This document shows, piece by piece, positions 54,827-63,656 of a stretch of 64,000 nt of DNA. This DNA comes from a virus: positions 1-64,000 of the IMG/VR virus record IMGVR_UViG_3300027969_000001; one strand, written 5' to 3'. Every line of letters starts with the position of its first letter. The first letter of the stretch is position 1. The notes under the pieces are model-generated. The model did no database searches. It saw nothing but the letters and a program-made list of their open reading frames with translations, and was not told the DNA's origin. The position numbers and the translations under genes were made by a program.

Positions 54827-55132
54827 TTATTTACCCACCGTGATTACAGGGCGAGTGCCGAACATTGAGAAGTGCGCTTCCAATGGGTACGCCTCTAACA
54901 AACTCTTGTAGTGAGATGGATAGTTCGCATACGCCAAGAAATAATCGCTTGCGTCAATGATGGTAGTGATGGTGACATTCTCAATGTCTGAAAGGTCAAT
55001 AATCAGCAATACCGAATTATCTCGGCTTGCTCGCACATACGCTTGTGCGCCGTTGTAGTGGTACACGAGGTGTTTGCTCGCCTGCTGGTCAATAAACCTC
55101 GCAGTTGTCATGTGGTCATTGTTCATAGTCAT
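54827..55132 (-). CDS. Hypothetical protein
   Basis: GAAGGA RBS after promoter B. Confidence 0.6.
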   Translation of the reverse strand: MTMNNDHMTTARFIDQQASKHLVYHYNGAQAYVRASRDNSVLLIIDLSDIENVTITTIIDASDYFLAYANYPSHYKSLLEAYPLEAHFSMFGTRPVITVGK

Positions 55133-55160
55133 TTCGTTTCCTTCCGTTTGACTTGCTTGC

Positions 55161-55187
55161 AGAATACCAGTAGAGGTACAAACCTAC
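55161..55187 (-). promoter_or_regulatory. Motif B promoter
   Basis: GTAGGTTTGTACCT-N7-TATTCT. Confidence 0.75.
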
Positions 55188-55237
55188 AACCCTGCCCACT
55201 TATCTATTACCAACACGCCCGACCCACTCACAATCTG

Positions 55238-55378
55238 ACTTTTTTATCACGACCCCCCATGCTCACAAAAGCGTCAAAAAAGACGCTTTCTGTTGGAGCC
55301 CCGACCTCGCTCGTTTCCATCGGGGCTCCCCTCGTGCGTGACGCTTTGCTCGCATGACGGGGGTAGAGATAGAAATGT
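55238..55378. repeat. Element C7 (both arms, 17-nt spacer)
   Basis: Core 55295-55329. Confidence 0.85.
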
Positions 55379-55541
55379 GGAGTTCTATCGGGTTGCGAAC
55401 TTTATCGCACGGCTTGTATCGGTGGAGTGAGTTCGCTCACGCACGGGCGCACGGCTCGTATCTGTAATAGATAAGTCCACGCACACAGCAAAGCCCTGAC
55501 CTATCCGTAATAGATAAGTCAGGGCAAAGGCTGTTAGAGGG

Positions 55542-55850
55542 CTACTCGGACTCGCACCTGCCACACAGGTAGTCAGCACCCCAAGCGTCACCCACATAAT
55601 TACCGTGCTTACAGTAGAGGCTCGCCTGATACTCACGCTCACGGTTCTCACGGGCTTCACATTCCTCGTAGTACGCCTCGTAATGCTTCTCACAGCGTGG
55701 GAAGGTAACGAACGCACCCGAACGGTAGTAGCGCACGGGGATAGTCACCTCGTAGTTCACGGAGCCTTCGCACGGGGAGTCAGGATTATCGTAATCAAGA
55801 CAATCCTCATGCGTCAGTTCGGGCGTATCGGACTTATCTATGTCAGTCAT
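55542..55850 (-). CDS. Cys-rich hypothetical protein
   Basis: Start MTDIDKS; C..C..RCEKH..CKHG..CGRCE. Confidence 0.6.
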   Translation of the reverse strand: MTDIDKSDTPELTHEDCLDYDNPDSPCEGSVNYEVTIPVRYYRSGAFVTFPRCEKHYEAYYEECEARENREREYQASLYCKHGNYVGDAWGADYLCGRCESE

Positions 55851-55851
55851 G

Positions 55852-56340
55852 TCAGACCTTTCCAGCACAGGTGCTACCCATGCCCCTAGCAACGCTCTTA
55901 GGGTCAGTTAGGTCTGCCCCACAGATAACGCACATTGAGTACAGCAAGCCAAGTTCAGCGCACTCGGCAATAGTCATACGCATACTCGCAGTAAGGCGAT
56001 AGAACGCCCCACGCTCAAAGACAATGCGCTCGGACTTCGTTGTGCCTTCGGGAACGAAACGCATGGCGTACATTCCTGATTTATCCTTGTTGTACTTCAC
56101 ACGATAAACAACGCCGTCAGCATTGCGATACATACCGATTTCGGTAACAGGGTCAAGGTTCGCAGGCGCACTCGCCTTAGCCTTCGCCATGCTCGCCTCT
56201 ACGGCTTCTATCTGCTTGATAGTGAGAGAGCCGAAACGGTCTAGCGAACTAAGTACGCTCGCATAGAACGAATTACTCTTAGCGTTCTCACGCAAGAAAT
56301 TAGCGATTATTTCTAATCGGTCTAGTGGTGGTGTGGTCAT
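55852..56340 (-). CDS. Protein with DUF6011-like C-terminal Zn ribbon
   Basis: CVICGADLTDPKSVARGMGSTCA. Confidence 0.7.
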   Translation of the reverse strand: MTTPPLDRLEIIANFLRENAKSNSFYASVLSSLDRFGSLTIKQIEAVEASMAKAKASAPANLDPVTEIGMYRNADGVVYRVKYNKDKSGMYAMRFVPEGTTKSERIVFERGAFYRLTASMRMTIAECAELGLLYSMCVICGADLTDPKSVARGMGSTCAGKV

Positions 56341-56373
56341 GTCTTACCCCTTCTAAGTAGTTTGACTACTCGT

Positions 56374-56400
56374 ACAATACCAGCAAAGGTACGGAACTAC
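56374..56400 (-). promoter_or_regulatory. Motif B promoter
   Basis: GTAGTTCCGTACCT-N7-TATTGT. Confidence 0.75.
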
Positions 56401-56528
56401 TAGGGGACTTATCTATTCAGTATCGGCTCGCAGTATCCACTCGGATACGCTCGCAGTTGGCTCGCATACTTCGCTCGGACTTATCTATTCAGTAATCACC
56501 CACGCCTCGCACCTACCAGCACCAGCAC

Positions 56529-56612
56529 TCTTTTTTATCTCTACCCCCGTTGCGCCCCCACCCGTCACTTCTCGGTGGGGGCCCCGTTCGCGCTGAGTCA
56601 TGCCGGGGCTCC
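56529..56612. repeat. Element C8 (left arm + core, 17-nt spacer)
   Basis: Core 56578-56612. Confidence 0.8.
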
Positions 56613-56681
56613 CATCGGGCGCAAGGTCAAGCCTTGACCTACCCGTGAGAGTAAGTCAAGGCGAGACTATCTAGCACTTAT

Positions 56682-57116
56682 CTATTCAGGAAAGGCGCTA
56701 GCCCTTGCGAGTAATCCCGTAAGTATGCCGTCAGCGTAGTAGTCAGGCGCTGTGCCGTCTAGGTACTTGCCCAATGAGGCTAGGACTGTGCGCTCAAACT
56801 CGGCGAAGGACTTATCGCCGTAGCGCCCCACCGCTTGCGTGGCAAACTTGGTAGCAGGGTAGGTAGCGAAGTCAAAGACGGTAAATGATGTCACGCTCAT
56901 GGTGGCGTGTGGTTGCCAGTGAACTAGACGGATAGTTGCCTCATACTGCTTGCGCTTAGCGTCATGGCTGAACTCAAGTTCTATTTGCTCACCCCACAAG
57001 TCATTGCTGTGGACATGCGGAATGTCTACCTTTGAGGACTGCCAACGGTAGGTGACCTCACGGTCACGCTCACGGCGCTTGGCTTGCGCTAGTAGGTTGG
57101 TGGTTGCTGTGGTCAT
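56682..57116 (-). CDS. Hypothetical protein
   Basis: GAAGGGG RBS; stop lies inside motif A. Confidence 0.65.
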   Translation of the reverse strand: MTTATTNLLAQAKRRERDREVTYRWQSSKVDIPHVHSNDLWGEQIELEFSHDAKRKQYEATIRLVHWQPHATMSVTSFTVFDFATYPATKFATQAVGRYGDKSFAEFERTVLASLGKYLDGTAPDYYADGILTGLLARASAFPE

Positions 57117-57148
57117 GGTTACCCCTTCATGGTTGTTTGACTACTCGC

Positions 57149-57175
57149 ATAGTACCATCGTAGGTACGGAACTAC
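57149..57175 (-). promoter_or_regulatory. Motif B promoter (leftward at divergence point)
   Basis: GTAGTTCCGTACCT-N7-TACTAT. Confidence 0.75.
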
Positions 57176-57237
57176 TGTGGGACTTATCTATTACCGATAC
57201 GCTCACGCCTCGCCACTCGGCAACCCCCGATAGTTGG

Positions 57238-57374
57238 GCTTATCTATCTCAACCCCCGTCACAGCCTCGGAGTCTCTCGGACTCTTACGGTTGGAGCCCC
57301 GTTCGCGCTCGGTTCCCTCGGGGCTCCCATCGGGAAGGGCGCTTCCCTACTCTTGGGGGTCGTGATAAAAAAGT
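57238..57374. repeat. Element C9 (both arms, 17-nt spacer)
   Basis: Core 57293-57327. Confidence 0.85.
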
Positions 57375-57419
57375 TTCATCTAATCGGTCAGGGTCTTTCT
57401 TTCATAGATAAGTCTCGGT

Positions 57420-57446
57420 GGAGGTTTGTACCTCACCATGTACTCT
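57420..57446 (+). promoter_or_regulatory. Motif B promoter (rightward at divergence point)
   Basis: GGAGGTTTGTACCT-N7-TACTCT. Confidence 0.7.
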
Positions 57447-57487
57447 GTGTCCAGTTGGGGGATGGTCTCCCAGCAGGAAGGGATGCC

Positions 57488-58009
57488 ATGTTCGGTGTTG
57501 TTCAGCAGTTGGAGGACGAAGAGGTGCAGGCTCGCACTGTGCTTTTCGTTTACGAAGTCAAAGAGGAAGGCGATGCACTCGCTGTGGTTGGAACATTCCA
57601 CCCCAACTTCTTTGACCAAGACATTGTCAATCTCATCAAGGAAGAGCGCCAGTGCTCTTACAACCAAGCAGAGGACGACGAGCAGGGTTCAGCGATGGAA
57701 GCCTGTGGTTGCATTTGGTGCCTCACCGAAGGCACGGGCTATCTCAATTGGGGAAGCAACGGATGGGATGACATTCCGAGAGGGTTCGCATTTGTGCAGT
57801 TTCCAAAAAGCGCTGCAATCGCCGAAGGCTCGCTCATTCTTGTTGAAGGCAAGTGGCTCTCCGAGGACATCCACGGCGTTTCGGAAACCAAGTCCGTTAT
57901 CAACTACGAGACCACAATGGTGGAGACCTCGCATGGCACCTACCCCGAAGCCGAGTGCCTTGCAGTTGAGCATTGGGAGTTGCTACCAGCACTCCCAGCC
58001 AATCGGTAA
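57488..58009 (+). CDS. Hypothetical protein
   Basis: Start moved to MFGVV (GAAGGGA RBS); stop overlaps motif A. Confidence 0.6.
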   Translation: MFGVVQQLEDEEVQARTVLFVYEVKEEGDALAVVGTFHPNFFDQDIVNLIKEERQCSYNQAEDDEQGSAMEACGCIWCLTEGTGYLNWGSNGWDDIPRGFAFVQFPKSAAIAEGSLILVEGKWLSEDIHGVSETKSVINYETTMVETSHGTYPEAECLAVEHWELLPALPANR

Positions 58010-58069
58010 TAGATAAGTCATCAACCACTCTGAGTGAAAGAAGAACTCGCTCAGAGTGATGACCAAGGA

Positions 58070-58146
58070 AGCCCCGGCTCGCTCGTTCCCAACGGGGCTC
58101 CCTTGCGCTTCGCTTGCTTCGGTGGTGGGGGTCGTGATAAAAAAGT
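58070..58146. repeat. Element C10 (core + right arm, 16-nt spacer)
   Basis: Core 58070-58100. Confidence 0.85.
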
Positions 58147-58202
58147 CTGCTCCTCGTTGCGAGGGAGAAGCTCGGGTTATCTGTAATAGATAAGTACCCC
58201 TA

Positions 58203-58229
58203 GCAGTTCTGTACCTATTGGGTTACTAT
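58203..58229 (+). promoter_or_regulatory. Motif B promoter
   Basis: GCAGTTCTGTACCT-N7-TACTAT. Confidence 0.7.
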
Positions 58230-58267
58230 TGAGTGACCACATAACACTTTCCTGAAGGGGGAACTAA

Positions 58268-58681
58268 ATGTCAAAAATAGATTATGACGGAATACAACTT
58301 TCGTACGAGGCTCAAGTTATTGAGTCAGATAAAAAGTTGCTTGATGCTTTACTTGATGCCGTGAAAGATGAAGAACTTGCACCTTTCACATTCCACATGG
58401 AGTGGGTCATCTGTGATTACTGCCGTGGCAACGGTGGACACTCTCGCCGTTTCGGTGCAATGAGTTCAGAAGAGTTTGCAGAGTGGAGCGATGAGTCTCG
58501 TGAAGCGTACTTGCGTGGTGCTTACGATGACCGTTGTGAAGCGTGTGATGGAAGTGGAAAGGTCTATGAGATGAACGAAGGCGCATTGCCTGAAGAAGTT
58601 ATTGAGTTCATTGACAACTACCGTCAGTACGCATTTGATAGCGCATCTGAAAGTCGTGCTGAACGAATGGCAGGTTGCTGA
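58268..58681 (+). CDS. Protein with DnaJ-type CxxCxGxG Zn finger
   Basis: CDYCRGNG and CEACDGSG. Confidence 0.7.
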   Translation: MSKIDYDGIQLSYEAQVIESDKKLLDALLDAVKDEELAPFTFHMEWVICDYCRGNGGHSRRFGAMSSEEFAEWSDESREAYLRGAYDDRCEACDGSGKVYEMNEGALPEEVIEFIDNYRQYAFDSASESRAERMAGC

Positions 58682-58920
58682 TGTTTACTTACCGTGTAAC
58701 TGTTCAGGTCACGCTTGATGTTGAGGCAGAAGATGACGATGGAGCAATGGCAGTAGCAATGCAGAATGTCAGTGCTCGCATAGGCGATGACCGTACAACA
58801 CCTCTCCACGAAAGAACTGATGCAATGTGGGTGACAGGCATTGCTGAAAGAGATTACGAATACTTTTGTTACAAGCAACCATTCCCACTATGGGTAATAG
58901 ATAAGTCAGAGGACTACTAA
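58681..58920 (+). CDS. Hypothetical protein
   Basis: Coupled ORF; ends VIDKSEDY (motif A in frame). Confidence 0.55.
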   Translation: MFTYRVTVQVTLDVEAEDDDGAMAVAMQNVSARIGDDRTTPLHERTDAMWVTGIAERDYEYFCYKQPFPLWVIDKSEDY

Positions 58921-58922
58921 TC

Positions 58923-59213
58923 ATGAATAACAAAAGCGATAGTTATTACACACTTAGGTCTGTCATTCGTTTTATCTTTTGGGGAACGATACTCGCAGTA
59001 ATCATGTGGATTGTTACAACATCTATTGCAGTTTTTGCATCTGATGAAACACCCGATTGTGATGTGACATTAGAGCGTGACTTCACATGGAACGCTCGTG
59101 AGTTCGCAGTGCTCAATCCAACCAAGACGCTTGCAGATTGCCGTCATTACCAAAGCGTTGTTCTCAATGAGAACGGCACATGGGAATGGTACGACCCATA
59201 CATGGACTCATAG
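58923..59213 (+). CDS. Membrane-anchored hypothetical protein
   Basis: N-terminal TM; GAGGA RBS. Confidence 0.55.
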   Translation: MNNKSDSYYTLRSVIRFIFWGTILAVIMWIVTTSIAVFASDETPDCDVTLERDFTWNAREFAVLNPTKTLADCRHYQSVVLNENGTWEWYDPYMDS

Positions 59214-59314
59214 AAAGGATTGATTATGGTTTTTTTATTTGTTATTGCAGTAACGCTTGCAGTTCTAATAGCAATAGTTCGTGACGATAGATGGTGGTGA
59301 ACACTTATCTATTA

Positions 59315-59626
59315 CTAATCAAACGAACGAGACACTGGTAAGTCGCATTGCAAACAATCGTAATGTGCAAGTGTCTTTTTTGTTTTTCTCTTGACGATGT
59401 ACGCAGATGAAAGATGACCACCACCTTCGTACTCACTCAACAATGCTTGATGCGTTTTTATCTCTTCGCTGTTGAGACCTAAGTCCTCGGCGCAGTACGC
59501 ACAGATGTAGCCATCGGCAATCTCGTCATAGATGACAGATGTAGTCATGTCATCTTGCTCGTACTCATCAGAGAACTGGTTGGTGCTAGTTGCAAAGTAC
59601 GGTTGGAGTGCTTTTGTTTTTTTCAT
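59315..59626 (-). CDS. Zn-binding hypothetical protein, inverted relative to neighbours
   Basis: CAYC and CLQC; GAGGA RBS; flanking motif A copies also inverted. Confidence 0.6.
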   Translation of the reverse strand: MKKTKALQPYFATSTNQFSDEYEQDDMTTSVIYDEIADGYICAYCAEDLGLNSEEIKTHQALLSEYEGGGHLSSAYIVKRKTKKTLAHYDCLQCDLPVSRSFD

Positions 59627-59878
59627 TTTTTCCTCTCACCTCTTATGAGGTTGCTTGTGTTTTACAATCGGACATTTTTTCTTACATCTTTTACAAGAGT
59701 CCTTGCATCTCTTTATGTCAAAAGTTTTTGTCCGTTACCTATTAGACGTGTCATCGTCTCCGTTTCTGAAAACGATGCTCGCAGTTGATAGAAGCGTCAT
59801 CTTGATACGAAAACGAAACGACTTATCTATTCAGTAATAGAAAGCAGGCTTCGCTCGGAGAAAGTAAGCGAGTCAGCA

Positions 59879-60015
59879 ACTTTTCTATCTCTACCCCCGT
59901 TGCAAGGCAGTTATGCCAGCGCATGGGAGCCCCGATGCTGTTCGCTCCTAACGGGGCTTCTACCTCGCGCGCGTGACGCCGAGAGCAGCAAGCTTGGGGG
60001 GTCGCGATAAATAAG
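59879..60015. repeat. Element C11 (both arms, 17-nt spacer)
   Basis: Core 59926-59958. Confidence 0.85.
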
Positions 60016-60148
60016 CAAGATTTCAGCTGGGAGCTGGGAGCTGGGAGCTGGCGAAATAAGGGATAGATAAGTGGTTTAAATCTTTTACAAAACTGACCGA
60101 TTGCAAAACGCAACTCCTTGCAAATAAAGGGTTTGCGGTCGTAAAAAT

Positions 60149-60175
60149 GTAGGTTTGTACCTACTTTTGTATAAT
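60149..60175 (+). promoter_or_regulatory. Motif B promoter with consensus -10
   Basis: GTAGGTTTGTACCT-N7-TATAAT. Confidence 0.8.
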
Positions 60176-60219
60176 CCGCGCACGCCCACAACCACCACAA
60201 CAACCCACAAGGAGCCCAC

Positions 60220-60321
60220 ATGAAGCCACACGATAAGAACAGCCGCCCACCTACCTCATTCGTAGGCGGCGCAGGTCATTGGAATAAGCGCGGCAAATCA
60301 AAGCCAAAAGATAAAAAGTAA
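60220..60321 (+). CDS. Basic 33-aa peptide (not in ORF track)
   Basis: AAGGAG RBS; MKPHDKNSRPPTSFVGGAGHWNKRGKSKPKDKK. Confidence 0.5.
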   Translation: MKPHDKNSRPPTSFVGGAGHWNKRGKSKPKDKK

Positions 60322-60348
60322 TTCGGACAAAGGAAGGAACCACACCCG

Positions 60349-60957
60349 ATGAACACACACCCACACCACGCAGCAGTAGTAGACGCAATCAAGGCGCTAC
60401 CTGCTTACACAGACCCGCAGACATTCTTTGAGTCAGAACTAGCCGAGTGCTACTCAGACGAGGAGCTTGTAGAAACATTCGGCTGGGACGGAGACAAGGC
60501 GCTCACAATCAAGCAGGCGCTCAAAGCAGTCAAGGAGCTTTGCGAGCTTCGTCAAGATGTTTACGGCTGGATTATTGAGGAAGGCGACCGAGAGCGCGAA
60601 GCAGAGCAAGAGGCGTACAAGCGCTGGCGCGAAGAACAAGAGGCAGCTAGCCGTTGTGGTTGGCTCGTAGAGCGCTCATGGGAAGCAGCTTTCCCATTCG
60701 TGCCGAACCCCGAATACACAGATGAGGAGAACGCCGAACACAGGCAGTGGCACGGTGAAAGCCTCGGTGAACGAGCAGCAGAGTCAGGCAACCGCTACGC
60801 AATCGTTGATTGTGGTGCGAAGCTCGCAGATGTCATTCGCAACGGCGTGCGAGTTGGTTGGGAGTGCGAAGCAGGTCACCGTTCCATCAGCATGGAACAC
60901 ATGACGCAAGAGGAGCAGGACGAGCAATACCGCTTGGATTACGAGGACAGCTACTAG
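60349..60957 (+). CDS. Hypothetical acidic protein
   Basis: 202 aa ORF. Confidence 0.65.
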   Translation: MNTHPHHAAVVDAIKALPAYTDPQTFFESELAECYSDEELVETFGWDGDKALTIKQALKAVKELCELRQDVYGWIIEEGDREREAEQEAYKRWREEQEAASRCGWLVERSWEAAFPFVPNPEYTDEENAEHRQWHGESLGERAAESGNRYAIVDCGAKLADVIRNGVRVGWECEAGHRSISMEHMTQEEQDEQYRLDYEDSY

Positions 60958-61036
60958 CCACCTCTTGGAATAGATAAGTTCTCCCCACGCCCCCACCCCC
61001 CCTTCCATCAGGGGCGTGGGGTTTATCGCAGGGACA

Positions 61037-61068
61037 AGCCCCGTTCGGGTTCGTTTCCGTCGGGGCTC
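61037..61068. repeat. Element C12 (core only, 17-nt spacer)
   Basis: AGCCCCG 61037, CGGGGCTC 61061. Confidence 0.8.
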
Positions 61069-61090
61069 TCATCGTTAGCGCGAAATGTCC

Positions 61091-61117
61091 GTAGGTCTGT
61101 ACCTCCCCGGGTACTCT
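61091..61117 (+). promoter_or_regulatory. Motif B promoter
   Basis: GTAGGTCTGTACCT-N7-TACTCT. Confidence 0.75.
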
Positions 61118-61123
61118 GTGGCC

Positions 61124-61453
61124 ATGACAAAAAAACACTTCACCGATTACACCAAAGCCGAAGCATGGGCCGAGAAAAACAACCTCGCCCTAGAACCCAT
61201 CGGAACCTGCTGGGAGGAGCACACAGTGGCCTCATGGAAGAGCGATACCACCCGTATCGAAATATGGATTCAGGAGATGGAATACGCAGCAGAGCACGAG
61301 CGTGGCGGATACATCCCTTGCCTTGTGGATTGCCCTGTAGTCCTCGTGTGGGACGGCCTAGAGGCCAATGCGCCCTACACGCTCCACCCTGACTTCTGCA
61401 CGCTCACAGAGGCTCGCAAGGGCTTCGATGAGTTGGTCAGGCAAGCGAGTTAG
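61124..61453 (+). CDS. Hypothetical protein, probably leaderless
   Basis: ATG follows the -10 hexamer after 6 nt; no RBS. Confidence 0.6.
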   Translation: MTKKHFTDYTKAEAWAEKNNLALEPIGTCWEEHTVASWKSDTTRIEIWIQEMEYAAEHERGGYIPCLVDCPVVLVWDGLEANAPYTLHPDFCTLTEARKGFDELVRQAS

Positions 61454-61571
61454 ACACCCGGTGAACTTTTTCTCCCCGGCACGAAATTCCCTGCCGGGGA
61501 GAAATTCCGGCGGGTTTTTTCTTCACCGGAATTTCTTGCCGGAATCGGAAAGATTTTGCGCTAATGGTAGA

Positions 61572-61670
61572 AGCCCCGTTCTCGTTCGTTCTCTATTGTT
61601 TCGAACGGGGCTCTCATCGGCTCGGGTGTTCGGCGCGAACAACACGCGATGGGGGTTGTGATAGATAAGT
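61572..61670. repeat. Element C13 (core + right arm, 27-nt spacer)
   Basis: Core 61572-61613. Confidence 0.85.
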
Positions 61671-61697
61671 GTAGGTCTGTACCTGACCAGGTACGAT
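61671..61697 (+). promoter_or_regulatory. Motif B promoter
   Basis: GTAGGTCTGTACCT-N7-TACGAT. Confidence 0.75.
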
Positions 61698-61737
61698 GCT
61701 TGTACGGCGGGAAGTACCCGCCCATGAAGGGAAAGTC

Positions 61738-62019
61738 ATGAAGCAAGTAACAATCACATGGAAAGCGTTCGGCGAACCAACATCGGCTGCACTCGCGCTT
61801 GACACGAGCGCAAGCGCGTTGGAGATATGCGATGCAATATTCCACCAAACGAATGTTTACGCTGGTCCGATATGGGACGAACTGGAACCGCTCCTGCCAG
61901 CCACACGCACACACACTGCGCTTTCAGTTGGAGACGAAGTCACAGTTGATGGCGAAGTGATTCGGTGCGAGCCAATGGGTTGGGCTACCAGGTTCATCGC
62001 TGACGCTCTTACTGAATAG
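61738..62019 (+). CDS. Hypothetical protein
   Basis: Start moved to MKQVT; ALSVGDEVTVDG..CEPMGW motif. Confidence 0.6.
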   Translation: MKQVTITWKAFGEPTSAALALDTSASALEICDAIFHQTNVYAGPIWDELEPLLPATRTHTALSVGDEVTVDGEVIRCEPMGWATRFIADALTE

Positions 62020-62040
62020 ATAAGTCCCCCCAGCGGAGAA

Positions 62041-62067
62041 CCCCACCTCACTCGGGTGGGGTTCTTC
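62041..62067 (+). terminator. Possible intrinsic terminator
   Basis: CCCCACC-TCACTCG-GGTGGGG then TTCTT. Confidence 0.45.
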
Positions 62068-62080
62068 CCGTTCTCAAGAC

Positions 62081-62158
62081 AGCCCCGTGGCTGTTCGGCA
62101 CGAACGGGGCTCTCATCGGCGAGCGAGCGAGAATGATTGGGGGTCGCGATAGAAAAGT
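62081..62158. repeat. Element C14 (core + right arm, 17-nt spacer)
   Basis: Core 62081-62112. Confidence 0.85.
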
Positions 62159-62175
62159 TTCCAAAAGAAAAGGTT

Positions 62176-62202
62176 GCAATCCTGTACCTGCTGTGGTACG
62201 AT
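62176..62202 (+). promoter_or_regulatory. Motif B promoter (degenerate)
   Basis: GCAATCCTGTACCT-N7-TACGAT. Confidence 0.6.
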
Positions 62203-62231
62203 TTCATCAGACCAGTAGAAGGGGTTGACCA

Positions 62232-62531
62232 ATGAGGAAAGAGACACGCTCTCTCAAAAAGAAAGCCGAAGGCCTAGGCATTTCGGTAGATGAATTAGTT
62301 GAGGAAATGGAAGTCGGGAATCCCGACAAATCGTTCGTCATAACTGTGGCCTTTGACCGATACAAAGATTTGCGTTCGTTCGCAGACGAAATCGCTCAGA
62401 GAATGGGTCTCGCAATTTATCAGGCCGATTCACTTGACCACGAATACAACGGCAGTGTGCGAGACGGAATGTTCGTCCTGCGAGACCCGAACGGTTTCCA
62501 CGGCAAACCAGACCATTGGAGGGTTGACTAG
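62232..62531 (+). CDS. Hypothetical protein
   Basis: GAAGGGG RBS. Confidence 0.6.
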   Translation: MRKETRSLKKKAEGLGISVDELVEEMEVGNPDKSFVITVAFDRYKDLRSFADEIAQRMGLAIYQADSLDHEYNGSVRDGMFVLRDPNGFHGKPDHWRVD

Positions 62532-62552
62532 TGGTGATAGATAAGTCCCCTT

Positions 62553-62579
62553 GTAGTTCTGTACCTTATGTAGTACGCT
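62553..62579 (+). promoter_or_regulatory. Motif B promoter
   Basis: GTAGTTCTGTACCT-N7-TACGCT. Confidence 0.75.
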
Positions 62580-62605
62580 CTGTTCAGACCACGGAAGGGG
62601 TTTCC

Positions 62606-62908
62606 ATGATAACAACGGAAAAATTCGAGATGCTCAAAGAGCAACTGGAAGCATCAACAGACCAGATGAAGAAAATGGTAGAGGCGCTAAGAACGCCAAC
62701 ACCATGCGATTGCTGCTTCTCAGACGAGGAGAACGCTGAGAATTATCGCGATTTTGAGAACGCAGTTCGCGACCTCTCTAACGAATGTCAAGAGATTGCG
62801 ATGAAGGCCTACGATTGCTACATGGCCATCACCCGCGCTCCACTGGAAATTGCGCTCGCACAACTGGATGCGATGCAAGAGGGCTACCGCCTCCTCGCCG
62901 AACAATAG
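62606..62908 (+). CDS. Hypothetical helical protein
   Basis: Start moved to MITTE (GAAGGGG RBS). Confidence 0.6.
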   Translation: MITTEKFEMLKEQLEASTDQMKKMVEALRTPTPCDCCFSDEENAENYRDFENAVRDLSNECQEIAMKAYDCYMAITRAPLEIALAQLDAMQEGYRLLAEQ

Positions 62909-63005
62909 GTAATAGATAAGTCCCCCGAGCACCCCCCGCTCGGGGGATTTTCTTTGCCCGTGACCCAGCCCGTACTTGTAATAGATAAGTCCCCTGTTGT
63001 GATGA

Positions 63006-63094
63006 AGCCCCGTCTTCGGCGGAGTCCGTTCGTCTCCGACGGGGCTCTCATCGGCGAGCGAGCGAGAGTGCATTGGGGGTCGTGATAAAAAAGT
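63006..63094. repeat. Element C15 (core + right arm, 27-nt spacer)
   Basis: Core 63006-63047. Confidence 0.85.
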
Positions 63095-63121
63095 GTAGGT
63101 CTGTACCTAGTGCAGTACAGT
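63095..63121 (+). promoter_or_regulatory. Motif B promoter
   Basis: GTAGGTCTGTACCT-N7-TACAGT. Confidence 0.75.
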
Positions 63122-63149
63122 GTGGTCATACCAACGGAAGGGGTACGAG

Positions 63150-63656
63150 ATGCCAAAGACGGCTCTACAAGTAAAGACCACAGGTGAAGTAGTAATGCTT
63201 GACCTAGAGGGTGACGAACTAGCAACACTGCAGAGTGCAGTGGGCGGATACATTGAAGCAATAAACTTCACCAACTCGCTGACTATGTGGTGCAACGAAG
63301 AAGGCAAACTAGACGGTCTCTCGCAGAACATCATTGCTCAACACTTCTATGACAATGCATACGGTGCAGGGCGTGACATTATCGTGGGTGATGTTGTATT
63401 CACTGGCGGTGCTGATGATGAAGGTGACACAATGGGTCTCCGTGAAGAATTGGTCAAAGACATTCACGAAGTAGCCGAGCGTCTTGCTCGCTCCGCAGTG
63501 TTCATCACCAAGGCAGAGACGAAGAAGGTCATGAGCTGGCAAGACCATCTCGGTGACGCTCCTATGACAGAGGAGAATGTGTGGCAGGCAATTGCTGATG
63601 CGAATGACCTTGACTACGACGAAATTGCTGACGGCGATTTATTTGAGTGGCTCTAG
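63150..63656 (+). CDS. DUF3846-like protein
   Basis: LQSAVGGYIEAI, WCNEEGKLDGL..N..A, IVGDVVFTG. Confidence 0.75.
   Translation: MPKTALQVKTTGEVVMLDLEGDELATLQSAVGGYIEAINFTNSLTMWCNEEGKLDGLSQNIIAQHFYDNAYGAGRDIIVGDVVFTGGADDEGDTMGLREELVKDIHEVAERLARSAVFITKAETKKVMSWQDHLGDAPMTEENVWQAIADANDLDYDEIADGDLFEWL

Noticed and set aside
51998-60015. Double-armed C elements as MITEs
   Set aside because: No target-site duplications noticed, interiors diverge apart from the core, most copies have one arm, and no transposase is present.
60025-60050. GCTGGGA tandem repeat (about 3.5 units)
   Set aside because: Short, single intergenic occurrence with no supporting context.
45548-63094. C elements as a CRISPR or TIGR-type guide array
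   Set aside because: Copies are dispersed between genes, not tandem; spacers are 16-27 nt inside inverted repeats; no cas or tas-like gene recognised in the window.
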